DNA of 53,337 bases from a virus (lineage: Duplodnaviria; Caudoviricetes), in the IMG/VR virus record IMGVR_UViG_3300032892_000071, positions 1 to 53,337 of that record. One strand, written 5' to 3'. The position numbers and the translations under genes are program-made. Shown piece by piece: positions 10,061 to 18,697 of this stretch (the stretch's first letter is position 1; each line of letters opens with the position of its first letter). The notes under the pieces are model-generated. The model had not been told where the DNA came from and made no database searches. It saw nothing but the letters and a program-made list of their open reading frames with translations.

Positions 10061-11821
10061 GTGCTGAACCCGGTGTGGATAGCGTCCCTGCAGCCGGTTT
10101 TCCTCAACCCGTCGATGTCACCGGCTGCCATCCAGGCGATCGTATCCGCCGCACCTCCTGGGGCGAAGTTCCTGTTCCTGCCCGGCACCTATGCGAACGT
10201 GTCGATCGTCCCGCAGCCCGGGCAGCTATTCGACGGCGACGGGCAGGGCGCGATCCTCGACGGCGGCAGCACCACGCCGTACGCGTTCCACTCCACGACG
10301 GCCACCGGGGTCACCATCCAGGGCCTGGTCATTCAGCACTATGACCCGCCGGAGTACAACGGCGCTGTCTACTCCTATGGCACGAACGGCTGGGTGATAC
10401 AGAACAACCACATCACGGCCAACTCGACCGTCGGGATCACCACCTACAGCGGTGTGCAGGTCCTGAACAACCTCATCGACCACAATGGCCAGGAGGGTTT
10501 CTCGGCGCAGGGCAGCGGCGTCTTGTACCAGGGCAACGAGGTTGCCTTCAACAATCCGGCCCTGATGTACGACATGACCGTCGAGGCGGGCGGCGGGAAA
10601 GCCTACGCGACGACCAGCGCCACCTTCCAGAACAACTACGTGCACGACAACGGCGGCAACGGCATCTGGTTCGACACCAGCAACATCTACGCCACCATCA
10701 CCGGTAACAGGTGCATCAACAACTCGGCCGCCGGGATCTTCTACGAGATCAGCTACGACGCGGCGATCACAAACAACACGTGCACTAGCAACGGGATGCC
10801 GTCGTCGCCGGGCGGCGGGGAGCGCCTCGGCTGGTTCTGGGACGCCGGTATCCAGCTGCGCCGCTCGGGCGCCCTCACCCCCGCGTCCCCGCTGATCATC
10901 TCCGGGAACACGGTCTCCGGGAACTACAACGGCATCACGCTCATCGAGAACCCGCCGACGCAGGCCCCTGGCGAGTACGGCCCGTGCACGGTGCAGAACG
11001 TCCTGGTGAAGAACAACACGGTTGCGATGACCCAGGGCGTGACCGGCCTCGCGCAGGACGGCGAGGGCGACGCGGTGTTCTCGCAGAACAACCACTTCAC
11101 CGGCAACACCTACCAGGTCGGCTACGAAGGCAACTTCGCCCACCCCGATGACACCTATTCGTCCGGATGGTTCGGCTGGCTGGATGCCTATACGACAAGC
11201 CTGGCCACCTGGCAGGGCTACGGCAACGACACGACCGGCAGCTTGTCGCAGCTCGCCACCGTCCCGTACCGGCTGTTCCCCGTCACTAGCGGCCCGTCCG
11301 CGTCGGGTGTTTCCGGTTCGTGGACCCTCGGCGTGTCGTTCACCGTCACCCAGCCCGGGCAGCACCTGCAGGGCTACTGGTGGTGGGTCGCCGACACGGC
11401 GCAGAACACCGCCCCGGCAAGTTTCGCGCTGTGGATATCGACGGGCACCGGCGCAGGCACTTACGTCGCCGGCTCGCTGCTGACGTCGGGGACGCTGGCG
11501 GCCGGCTGGAACTACGTCCCGTACGGCACGGGGATCTCGCTGACGCCGGGGACGGTGTACCGGGCGGTGATCGGCGTCACCAACGGCGCGTTCACCAACA
11601 GCTTCAGCTACACCCCCGGCTACTACTCCTCCGGCAGTGACGGGGCGAACGGGTTCGTCAATGGCCCGCTGCTCGGCTACTCCGGCTCGGCCGGAGTGAC
11701 GAACGTGGCACCGTACGACGGGCAGAACACCTACTACAACGCTGGCGGCGACGATCCCACCGTCAGTTACCCGTCGGGCTCGTCCGGGTCGAACTACTGG
11801 CTCGACGTCCAGGTCGGCTGA
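10061..11821 (+). CDS. right-handed beta-helix protein with C-terminal DUF4082-like domain
   Basis: GGGGGAGG RBS; NNYVHDNGGNGIWFD, GIFYEIS rungs; C-terminal GVSFTV...GWNYV...LTPGTVY...NYWLDV. Confidence 0.7.
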   Translation: MLNPVWIASLQPVFLNPSMSPAAIQAIVSAAPPGAKFLFLPGTYANVSIVPQPGQLFDGDGQGAILDGGSTTPYAFHSTTATGVTIQGLVIQHYDPPEYNGAVYSYGTNGWVIQNNHITANSTVGITTYSGVQVLNNLIDHNGQEGFSAQGSGVLYQGNEVAFNNPALMYDMTVEAGGGKAYATTSATFQNNYVHDNGGNGIWFDTSNIYATITGNRCINNSAAGIFYEISYDAAITNNTCTSNGMPSSPGGGERLGWFWDAGIQLRRSGALTPASPLIISGNTVSGNYNGITLIENPPTQAPGEYGPCTVQNVLVKNNTVAMTQGVTGLAQDGEGDAVFSQNNHFTGNTYQVGYEGNFAHPDDTYSSGWFGWLDAYTTSLATWQGYGNDTTGSLSQLATVPYRLFPVTSGPSASGVSGSWTLGVSFTVTQPGQHLQGYWWWVADTAQNTAPASFALWISTGTGAGTYVAGSLLTSGTLAAGWNYVPYGTGISLTPGTVYRAVIGVTNGAFTNSFSYTPGYYSSGSDGANGFVNGPLLGYSGSAGVTNVAPYDGQNTYYNAGGDDPTVSYPSGSSGSNYWLDVQVG

Positions 11822-11858
11822 GCCGCACATACCCGCGTCTAGGTGAGGATGAAATGTC

Positions 11859-12146
11859 ATGTCGGTAGGCAGCCAGGCGACAACGGCAACGGTGAATAAC
11901 ATCCTGACCAGCTACGCAGTCACGCTGCGGAACAACTGCCAGCAGATCAGCAACTTCAACCAGTTCGTGTCTGATCTCGGGACTGCCGGGCTGGAAGCGA
12001 TCGGCTTCGCCGCCGCCGACGCGGCCAGCGTGATCAGCTTCGCCGCGATCCTGAACACCATGGCCGCCCTGTTCTTCGGCACCGCGACGCAGGCGACCGA
12101 GTACAACTTCAGCAATGCTCTGGCACCGCTGTACGCCGGGCAGTAA
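11859..12146 (+). CDS. small hypothetical (probable virion) protein
   Basis: GAGGA RBS, 95-aa ORF with GC3-biased codons, co-oriented with the operon. Confidence 0.6.
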   Translation: MSVGSQATTATVNNILTSYAVTLRNNCQQISNFNQFVSDLGTAGLEAIGFAAADAASVISFAAILNTMAALFFGTATQATEYNFSNALAPLYAGQ

Positions 12147-12212
12147 ACGCGCCGCACTCCAGCCTAGTTACCGGGATGTGATGCCGTCCTAGCCGTCGGG
12201 ATGTGATGCCGG

Positions 12213-13661
12213 ATGGCCGTGGCATACGATAACGTCGGCCCTTCGGCGAGCGGCCAGACCGCCACCACCGGCACCACGCTGAGCTGGTCACACGACGTCC
12301 TGGCCAGCGGCGCCGGCAGCAACAACGTGCTCTTCGCCCTTGTCGCGATCGGCTCCAACCTCACCGACGCGGCCTACACGGTCAGCGTCACCTACGGCGG
12401 CTCCGCCATGACACAGGTCGGGCCGTACGTGCACGCCAACAACGCCACCACAGGCTTCATCAGCTTGTGGAAAATCGCCCTGGGCTCAACCAGCGGCACC
12501 CAGACCGTCGCCGTGACAACCGGCGGCACAACATCGGGTGACATCGACCTGTCCGGCGGCTCCATCTCGTTCAGCGGCGCCGACCAGACCACCATCTGCA
12601 ACAGTCCCTACCTGGCCATGGGCACTGCGGACGGCACCAGCTCGTCGGTCACGGTCTCCGCGAACACCAGCGGCAACATGATCGCCGCGTTCCAGGGCTG
12701 CGGCAGCGGCGGCCAGGCCATCTCGTCCGGCACCAGCAGGTTCATCGCTAACATCGGCAGCTCCGGGATGGGTGCCTGCTCTTCCTCGGCGGGCGCGACA
12801 GCGGCGGCAACGGGCAGCCCGGTCACGGTGTCGTGGACGCAGACCAGTGACGGCTGGAGCGCCATGGCCGTCGAGGTCCTGCCGCCCTTCACCGGGATCC
12901 ACCCGATCGGCAACCCGGCGTGCAACACCGTCGCAGCCGCATCCGTAACCGGCACCTGGGGCAGCGGGCAGACCCGGACGGCGGGCAACCTGCTGGTGGC
13001 GGCAGTAAGCTCGGCCATCGCCACCGCCCCCGTCGGGGCGACCGCTAACTCGGGCAGCTGGTCACAGGCCGTAGGCCATGGCATAGAAGAACCCAACTCC
13101 GCCTCGGCCACCGTGCGCACCGCGATCTGGACCCTGACGGCCATCGGCAACGACGGGGCGCCGACGTTCACCTCATCCAGCGCCACCGCCATGAGCTGCA
13201 CGCTGTTCGAGCTGAACGGCGCCAGCACCACAACGCCCATAGACACCTCCAACGTCTACGGGTCCGGCGCTTCGAGCGCGACGCTGGCGGCGGCGAGTTT
13301 CACCGTCACCACCTCGGGCAACGTCGCTGCCGCAGGCGAGTACGCCGTAGCAATCTTCGCCCAGGAGCGGGCGTCCGCGAAGCTGTACTTCACCGACAGC
13401 GGCACCGGCGGCTATTTCGGCAAGTTCCACAACGGGGAAGCCGCTGCGGCGATCCTGAACACCTACGTCGGCGCCGCGCTCAGCCCGCCCAGCGGCGCCG
13501 CGCTCAACGACAAAGGCCAGTTCTCCACCGACACGACCGCGTTCGGCGCCGCCATTGTCGCCGTCTTCGCGGTCGCCCCCACCACCCTCGGCGCTCTGCC
13601 GCAGCCGCCGCCCCGCCCGGTCCTCCAGCACCTGCCGCCCCGCCGGGCGATCGTAGGCTGA
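12213..13661 (+). CDS. Ser/Thr/Gly/Ala-rich virion protein with two beta-sandwich domains and a C-terminal Pro/Arg repeat half-unit
   Basis: second domain (GTWGSGQTRTAGNLLVA...DGAPTF...MSCTLFELNG) matches 32680-33675; ends GALPQPPPRPVLQHLPPRRAIVG. Confidence 0.65.
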   Translation: MAVAYDNVGPSASGQTATTGTTLSWSHDVLASGAGSNNVLFALVAIGSNLTDAAYTVSVTYGGSAMTQVGPYVHANNATTGFISLWKIALGSTSGTQTVAVTTGGTTSGDIDLSGGSISFSGADQTTICNSPYLAMGTADGTSSSVTVSANTSGNMIAAFQGCGSGGQAISSGTSRFIANIGSSGMGACSSSAGATAAATGSPVTVSWTQTSDGWSAMAVEVLPPFTGIHPIGNPACNTVAAASVTGTWGSGQTRTAGNLLVAAVSSAIATAPVGATANSGSWSQAVGHGIEEPNSASATVRTAIWTLTAIGNDGAPTFTSSSATAMSCTLFELNGASTTTPIDTSNVYGSGASSATLAAASFTVTTSGNVAAAGEYAVAIFAQERASAKLYFTDSGTGGYFGKFHNGEAAAAILNTYVGAALSPPSGAALNDKGQFSTDTTAFGAAIVAVFAVAPTTLGALPQPPPRPVLQHLPPRRAIVG

Positions 13662-13662
13662 C

Positions 13663-16600
13663 GTGCCTATTCTGCCGGGTGAGCATGTAGGCGGTGTCGG
13701 CGGCGGTATCGCCTCCAGCATCGTCACACCACTCGGGAGCCTCGGCCCGCCTAGGCCGTTCGTCGCCCGGAACCGCCCGCTCCCGACCCGCGCCGTCACC
13801 GGCCACGGCAGCACAGGGGACATCCCCGGGACCCTGCTGCCGTACTACCAGATCAGCGGCACCGGCCGCGGCGGCGGCGGTATCGCGTCCCTCACGGTCA
13901 CCCCGGCGACCCCGCCTGCCGTCACGATGGAGCAGCGGCCCCCGTACATGCGGGCCCGGACCCAGTCCCGGGCGAAGATCGGCCCACTGAACACGATCTC
14001 CACCGGCGACGGGATCGCCTCACAGATCACGACCCCGCTCGGCAAGGTGGGGCCACCTAGGCCGTTCGTGGCCCGCAACCCGCTGCGCGCCCGGGCGCGG
14101 CTCGGGAACAGCGTCCAGCCGGGCGACGGTATCGCCGCACCGGGCCCCCCGCTCGGCGCGCCGTCGAGGCCCAGGCCGTTCGTGTGGCGCAGCCCCCTGG
14201 CCGCCCGGGGGCGTGCCGCCGGCGCCGGGCGCTTCAGCGTCCCGATGTGGACGCTGGCCGACGACTTCTCCAACCCGGCCACCCTCACCACAATCTGGGG
14301 GCACTCGGCCGGCGGCACCACCATCTCCGGCGGCGCCGCGAACATCCCCGTCGGCGGCGGCGAGTCAACCCTGTCCCCGAACATCGGCGGACATTGGGAC
14401 CTCACCGGCACCTACATGTACGCGAAGGTCACACCGGTCGTCGGGACCGGCGCCCAGACCTTCATGATCGACTACGTTGACCAGAACAACCAGCTTTACT
14501 TCGCCGTCTCCAGCGGGCAGATCTCCGCCACCATCGTCGAACGCGGCGTCACGACCTTTTCCGGCTACGTCACCTACAACCCGGCCGCGCACCAGTGGTG
14601 GCGGATCCGCGAGCAGGCCGGAACGCTGTACTTCGACACCTCCGGCGACGGTAACCTCTGGGCGAACTTCTGGACCACCACCTACACGGTCCAGGTGTCG
14701 TCGCGGATCCCGTTCTTCAGCTGCACCACCACCGGCGTCACCGGCACCAGCCTCGTCGACAACTTCAACGTCCCGCCGCTGACACCAGGGCCGTCCAGGC
14801 CGCCCGCGACGTGGACGGGTGCCCTAGGTTTGCGGCGTGCCCCGCGCCGCGCGTGGGCGGGTGGCAGCTACGGGCCGTACGGCGGCATAGCCGGGCCGCA
14901 GCCCGCTGCTGCGGCGGCCCGTCTTGTAGCGCGCCCGTTCGTTGCCCGTAACCGGGTCCCGGCGCGGGCGCGGCTGGGCCCGCGTGGCGGGGCGGGGGCC
15001 GGTGTCGCCTCGCCGGTTGTCACGCCGCTCGGATACCCTCCCGCGCTCGCTCCCCGGCCGGTCGTCGTTCACCTGCCGCCGCACCGCGCGAAAGTCGGCC
15101 CCGGCACCTACGTCGCGTCCGGCCGCGCCGGGGTGCAGACGCCGCTCGGGTTCCAGCAGCAGCCGCCGCCGCGCCCGGTCATCCAGCATGTCCCGCCGCA
15201 CCGCGCGCACCTCGGCCCGCTCGGGCTGGCTGCGGGCGGTGTTCCCAGCGCCGTCAGCACGCCGCTGGGTTCACCGTCGCAGCCAGCCCCCCGCCCGGTC
15301 ATCCGGCATGTGCCGCCGCGGCGGGCGTGGGTCGGCGGCAGCTACGGCCCGTACGGCGGCATCGAAGCCCAGATCCCGGTCACCCTCGGCGCGGCGGCCC
15401 GGCCCAGGCCGTTCGTGTTCCGCTCACCCGCCCCCGCGCGGGCCCGGCTCGGGAACAACCTGCAGACCGGCGACGGCGTCGCCTCCCAGGTCGTCACCCC
15501 CCTCGGCGTCCCATCCCGGGCGAAGCCGTTCGTATGGCGCAGCCCGGCGCCGATGCGGGGGAAAGCTGGCCAGCGCGGCGCCCCGGCAGGCGGTGTCGCC
15601 AGCCGCGTCATCACACCGCTCGGCACGCCTAGCCGGCCGAAGCCGTTCACCGCCCGGAACCCGGTACCAGCGCGGGCCCGGCTCGGTAACAACCTGGCCT
15701 GCGGCGACGGCCAGCCCTACCCGGCGATCTACGCGCCGCTCGGCGCGACCGGCATCTACGGCCTGCCGGGGCCGGTCACCCGGCCGATCTCCTACCGGCC
15801 CAGCATCATCCTCGGCGCGCTACCGCAGCCGCCGCCGCGCCCGGTCATCGTCCATGTGCCGCCGCACCGGGCCCGTTCCGGCTCGCGTGGCCTGCCAGGT
15901 GCCGGCATCGCGTCCCGGATCGTCACGCCGCTGGGGTCGCTCGGCCCGCCACGGCCGTTCGTGTACCGCAGCCCCCTGCCGCCGCACCCGGCATGGGCGC
16001 GTCTCGGCCCCCGCAGCGCCCCCGCCGGCGGGATCGCAAGCCGCATCGTCACACCCCTCGGCACGGTAGGGCCACCCAAGCCGTTTATCTTCCGGTCACC
16101 GCTGCCCGCCAGGGCCCGGCTCGGGAACAACCTCCAGCTAGGCGGCGGCTACGCCTCCGCCGTCGTCACCCCGCTGGGATCGCCCAGCCGGCCCAGGCCG
16201 TTCATCTTCCGCTCCCCGGCACCAGCCCGCGCGCGGCTCGGGAATAACCTCCAGCCAGGCGACGGCCAGGCCGTACCTGCCGTCACGGTCACCGCCGCGG
16301 CCTACCAGCGGCCACCGGTCCAGGTAAAGCGCCCAGTCCCGGCCCGGGCGCTGTGGCGTGGTTACGCCAGCGCCGTCGTCACGCCGCTCGGCACCTCCAG
16401 CCGGCTGCGGCCGTTCGTTTTCCGGTCGCCTGCGCCTGCCCGGGCACGGGTCGGAAGAAATCTTCAGCCAGGCGGTGGCTACGCCAGCTACGCCGTCACC
16501 CCGCTGGGCGCGCCGCCATCACCCGCGCCACGCCCAGCCATCCAGCACCTGCCGCCGCATAGGGCGCATCTCGGCCCGCTCGGGCTAGCCGCCGCCGGCT

Positions 16601-18669
16601 ACGCATCCCAGGTCATCACCCCGCTCGGGATCCCATCCCGGCCGGAACCGGGCTGGGTGTTCCGGTCCCCGGCACCCGCCAGGGCACGCACCGGCGCACG
16701 CTGGCAGGCCGCATCCGGCTACGCCTCCCATGTCGTCACCCCCCTCGGCACGCCGCCGAGGCCCGAACCGGGCTGGATCTTCCGCAGCCCGGCTCCCGCA
16801 CGGGCCCGGCTGGGAACCCGCCCCGCACCCGCCGGCGGCGTCGCATCCCAGGTCGTCACCCCCCTCGGCGCGATCCCGCCGCCGCAGCCGGCTGCCTTCC
16901 GCCGCCCCGCCCCGGCCAGGGCCATCTGGCGCGGGATCACCGGGCTCCCGCCGCGGGTCACCGCCTATCAGCGGCCACCCGCCCAAGTCCGCCGGCCGTC
17001 ACCTGCGCGGGCCCTATGGCGTGGCCTGGCGGTCGCCGCCGTCTCAATCGGTGTCACCGTCGCCCAGCGCCCGGCGCCGCAGGTCCGGCGCCCGGTGCCC
17101 GCACGCGCCAAGCTCGGCCCGCAAGGCGCCACCGCAGGCGGTATCGCCAGCGCGGTTATCACCCCGCTCGGGTCACTCCCGGCGCCGCGTAAGGTCCCGC
17201 TGTTCCCGCCGCACATCACCCGCGCCCGCATCGGCTGGAGCACCGTCGCAGGCGGCATTGCCTCGCCCATCGTCACGCCGCTCGGCAGTCTCCCGCCGCC
17301 GCGTAAAGTCCCACTCTTCCCCCCGAAGATAACCAGGGCGCGGGTTGGGCACGGCACCATCGCAGGCGGGATCACAGAGCCCTACCTGATCCCCACGCCG
17401 CAGGCGTATCAGCGGCCCGCCCCGCACATCAAGCGCCCCGCTCCAGCGCGAGGACAGGCAGGCCCGCGCGGGCCAGCCGGCGCCGGCATCGCCTCCCAAA
17501 TCATCACGCCGCTCGGCACCCCGTCGCGGCCAAAGCCGTTCGTCTTCCGCAGCCCGGCACCAGCACGGGGCCGGTTCGGCGCAGGCATCGCCTCCCGGAT
17601 CGTCACCCCGCTCGGGAGCCTCGGGGCACCCCGGCCGTTCGTGTTCCGCTCACCCGCCCCCGCGCGAGCCCGTCTCGGGAACAACGTTGCCGCAGGTGAC
17701 GGGTTCGCCGGGCCCGCCAATGCGGCCGTCACCGCCTACCAGCGCCCACCAGCCCAGGTACGCCGCCCGTCACCTGCCCGCGCTACCTGGCACGGCCAAG
17801 TCGGCCCGGCTCCGGCAGCCGCAGTCACCGCATACCAGCGGACCGCGCCGCAGATCCGGCGCCCGGCACCGGCCCGCGCGCTATGGCGGCACGTCACCGG
17901 GATCCCGCCGGTGGTCACCGCATACCAGCGGACCGCGCCGCAGGTACGCCGCCTAACTCCAGCGCGTGCGCTGTGGCGCGGCGCAGGAGCAGCAGCAACC
18001 CCGCCGGTGGTCACCACCCGGCAGCGGCCCGCGCCGCAGGTCCGCCGCCCTGTCCCGGCGCGGGCGCTATGGCGTGGCTACGCCAGCCGGATCGTCACCC
18101 CCCTCGGCCAGGCCGGCCCGCCGCGGCCGTTCGTATTCCGCTCCCCCGCCCCGGCGCGGGCGCTCTGGCACGGCGCAGCAGTACCAGCCCCGCCGCCGGT
18201 TATCACCGCCCGGCAGCGGCCCGCCCCCCAGATCCGCCGCCCGGCCCCAGCCCGCGCCCGCCTCGGCCCATCAGGCACGACCTCCGCCGGGATCGCCTCA
18301 GCCGTCATCACCCCCATCGGCTACCCCCAGCCGAAGATCACCCCGTTCGTGTGGCGGTCCCCGCTCCACGCAAACGCTCGCCTCGGCCCCCGCGGATCCG
18401 CCGCAGGCGGGATCAACGGCACCCCGCTCATCGCCCCGCTGCCGCCGCAGCCGCCGCTGTTCTGGACCGTCACCGCAGCCCAGCCGCTCACCGTCACCGC
18501 CGCCCCGGCTGTCCCGCTCGCCATCACCATCAACCCGGCGGCGCCGATGACAGCCGACGTGTCCCCCAGCGGCGAACACCTGCCACCCCCCGGGCAGCAG
18601 CACATCCCCGCAGAACCCGAAGTGACCCTGAACCCGGAACTACCGCCGCCCCTCGGGCAGCCGACATGA
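13663..18669 (+). CDS. 1668-aa Pro/Arg-rich repeat protein with one embedded globular beta domain
   Basis: 5-kb open frame; about 20 'VTPLG'-type units plus 'AYQRP..Q(V/I)RRP' units; non-repetitive aromatic-rich domain at about 14245-14775. Confidence 0.75.
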   Translation: MPILPGEHVGGVGGGIASSIVTPLGSLGPPRPFVARNRPLPTRAVTGHGSTGDIPGTLLPYYQISGTGRGGGGIASLTVTPATPPAVTMEQRPPYMRARTQSRAKIGPLNTISTGDGIASQITTPLGKVGPPRPFVARNPLRARARLGNSVQPGDGIAAPGPPLGAPSRPRPFVWRSPLAARGRAAGAGRFSVPMWTLADDFSNPATLTTIWGHSAGGTTISGGAANIPVGGGESTLSPNIGGHWDLTGTYMYAKVTPVVGTGAQTFMIDYVDQNNQLYFAVSSGQISATIVERGVTTFSGYVTYNPAAHQWWRIREQAGTLYFDTSGDGNLWANFWTTTYTVQVSSRIPFFSCTTTGVTGTSLVDNFNVPPLTPGPSRPPATWTGALGLRRAPRRAWAGGSYGPYGGIAGPQPAAAAARLVARPFVARNRVPARARLGPRGGAGAGVASPVVTPLGYPPALAPRPVVVHLPPHRAKVGPGTYVASGRAGVQTPLGFQQQPPPRPVIQHVPPHRAHLGPLGLAAGGVPSAVSTPLGSPSQPAPRPVIRHVPPRRAWVGGSYGPYGGIEAQIPVTLGAAARPRPFVFRSPAPARARLGNNLQTGDGVASQVVTPLGVPSRAKPFVWRSPAPMRGKAGQRGAPAGGVASRVITPLGTPSRPKPFTARNPVPARARLGNNLACGDGQPYPAIYAPLGATGIYGLPGPVTRPISYRPSIILGALPQPPPRPVIVHVPPHRARSGSRGLPGAGIASRIVTPLGSLGPPRPFVYRSPLPPHPAWARLGPRSAPAGGIASRIVTPLGTVGPPKPFIFRSPLPARARLGNNLQLGGGYASAVVTPLGSPSRPRPFIFRSPAPARARLGNNLQPGDGQAVPAVTVTAAAYQRPPVQVKRPVPARALWRGYASAVVTPLGTSSRLRPFVFRSPAPARARVGRNLQPGGGYASYAVTPLGAPPSPAPRPAIQHLPPHRAHLGPLGLAAAGYASQVITPLGIPSRPEPGWVFRSPAPARARTGARWQAASGYASHVVTPLGTPPRPEPGWIFRSPAPARARLGTRPAPAGGVASQVVTPLGAIPPPQPAAFRRPAPARAIWRGITGLPPRVTAYQRPPAQVRRPSPARALWRGLAVAAVSIGVTVAQRPAPQVRRPVPARAKLGPQGATAGGIASAVITPLGSLPAPRKVPLFPPHITRARIGWSTVAGGIASPIVTPLGSLPPPRKVPLFPPKITRARVGHGTIAGGITEPYLIPTPQAYQRPAPHIKRPAPARGQAGPRGPAGAGIASQIITPLGTPSRPKPFVFRSPAPARGRFGAGIASRIVTPLGSLGAPRPFVFRSPAPARARLGNNVAAGDGFAGPANAAVTAYQRPPAQVRRPSPARATWHGQVGPAPAAAVTAYQRTAPQIRRPAPARALWRHVTGIPPVVTAYQRTAPQVRRLTPARALWRGAGAAATPPVVTTRQRPAPQVRRPVPARALWRGYASRIVTPLGQAGPPRPFVFRSPAPARALWHGAAVPAPPPVITARQRPAPQIRRPAPARARLGPSGTTSAGIASAVITPIGYPQPKITPFVWRSPLHANARLGPRGSAAGGINGTPLIAPLPPQPPLFWTVTAAQPLTVTAAPAVPLAITINPAAPMTADVSPSGEHLPPPGQQHIPAEPEVTLNPELPPPLGQPT

Positions 18670-18697
18670 ACAACCCGATACCCCGCCGAGGAGGCGT

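Noticed and set aside
12163-12211. 25-nt-period duplication containing CGGGATGTGATGCCG before gene 12213
   Set aside because: Real but only two copies overlapping the RBS region; most simply a local slippage duplication
13663-18669. CRISPR array or non-coding tandem repeat
   Set aside because: Repeats are degenerate at third codon positions, conserved as protein, and have no constant repeat-spacer pattern or cas genes
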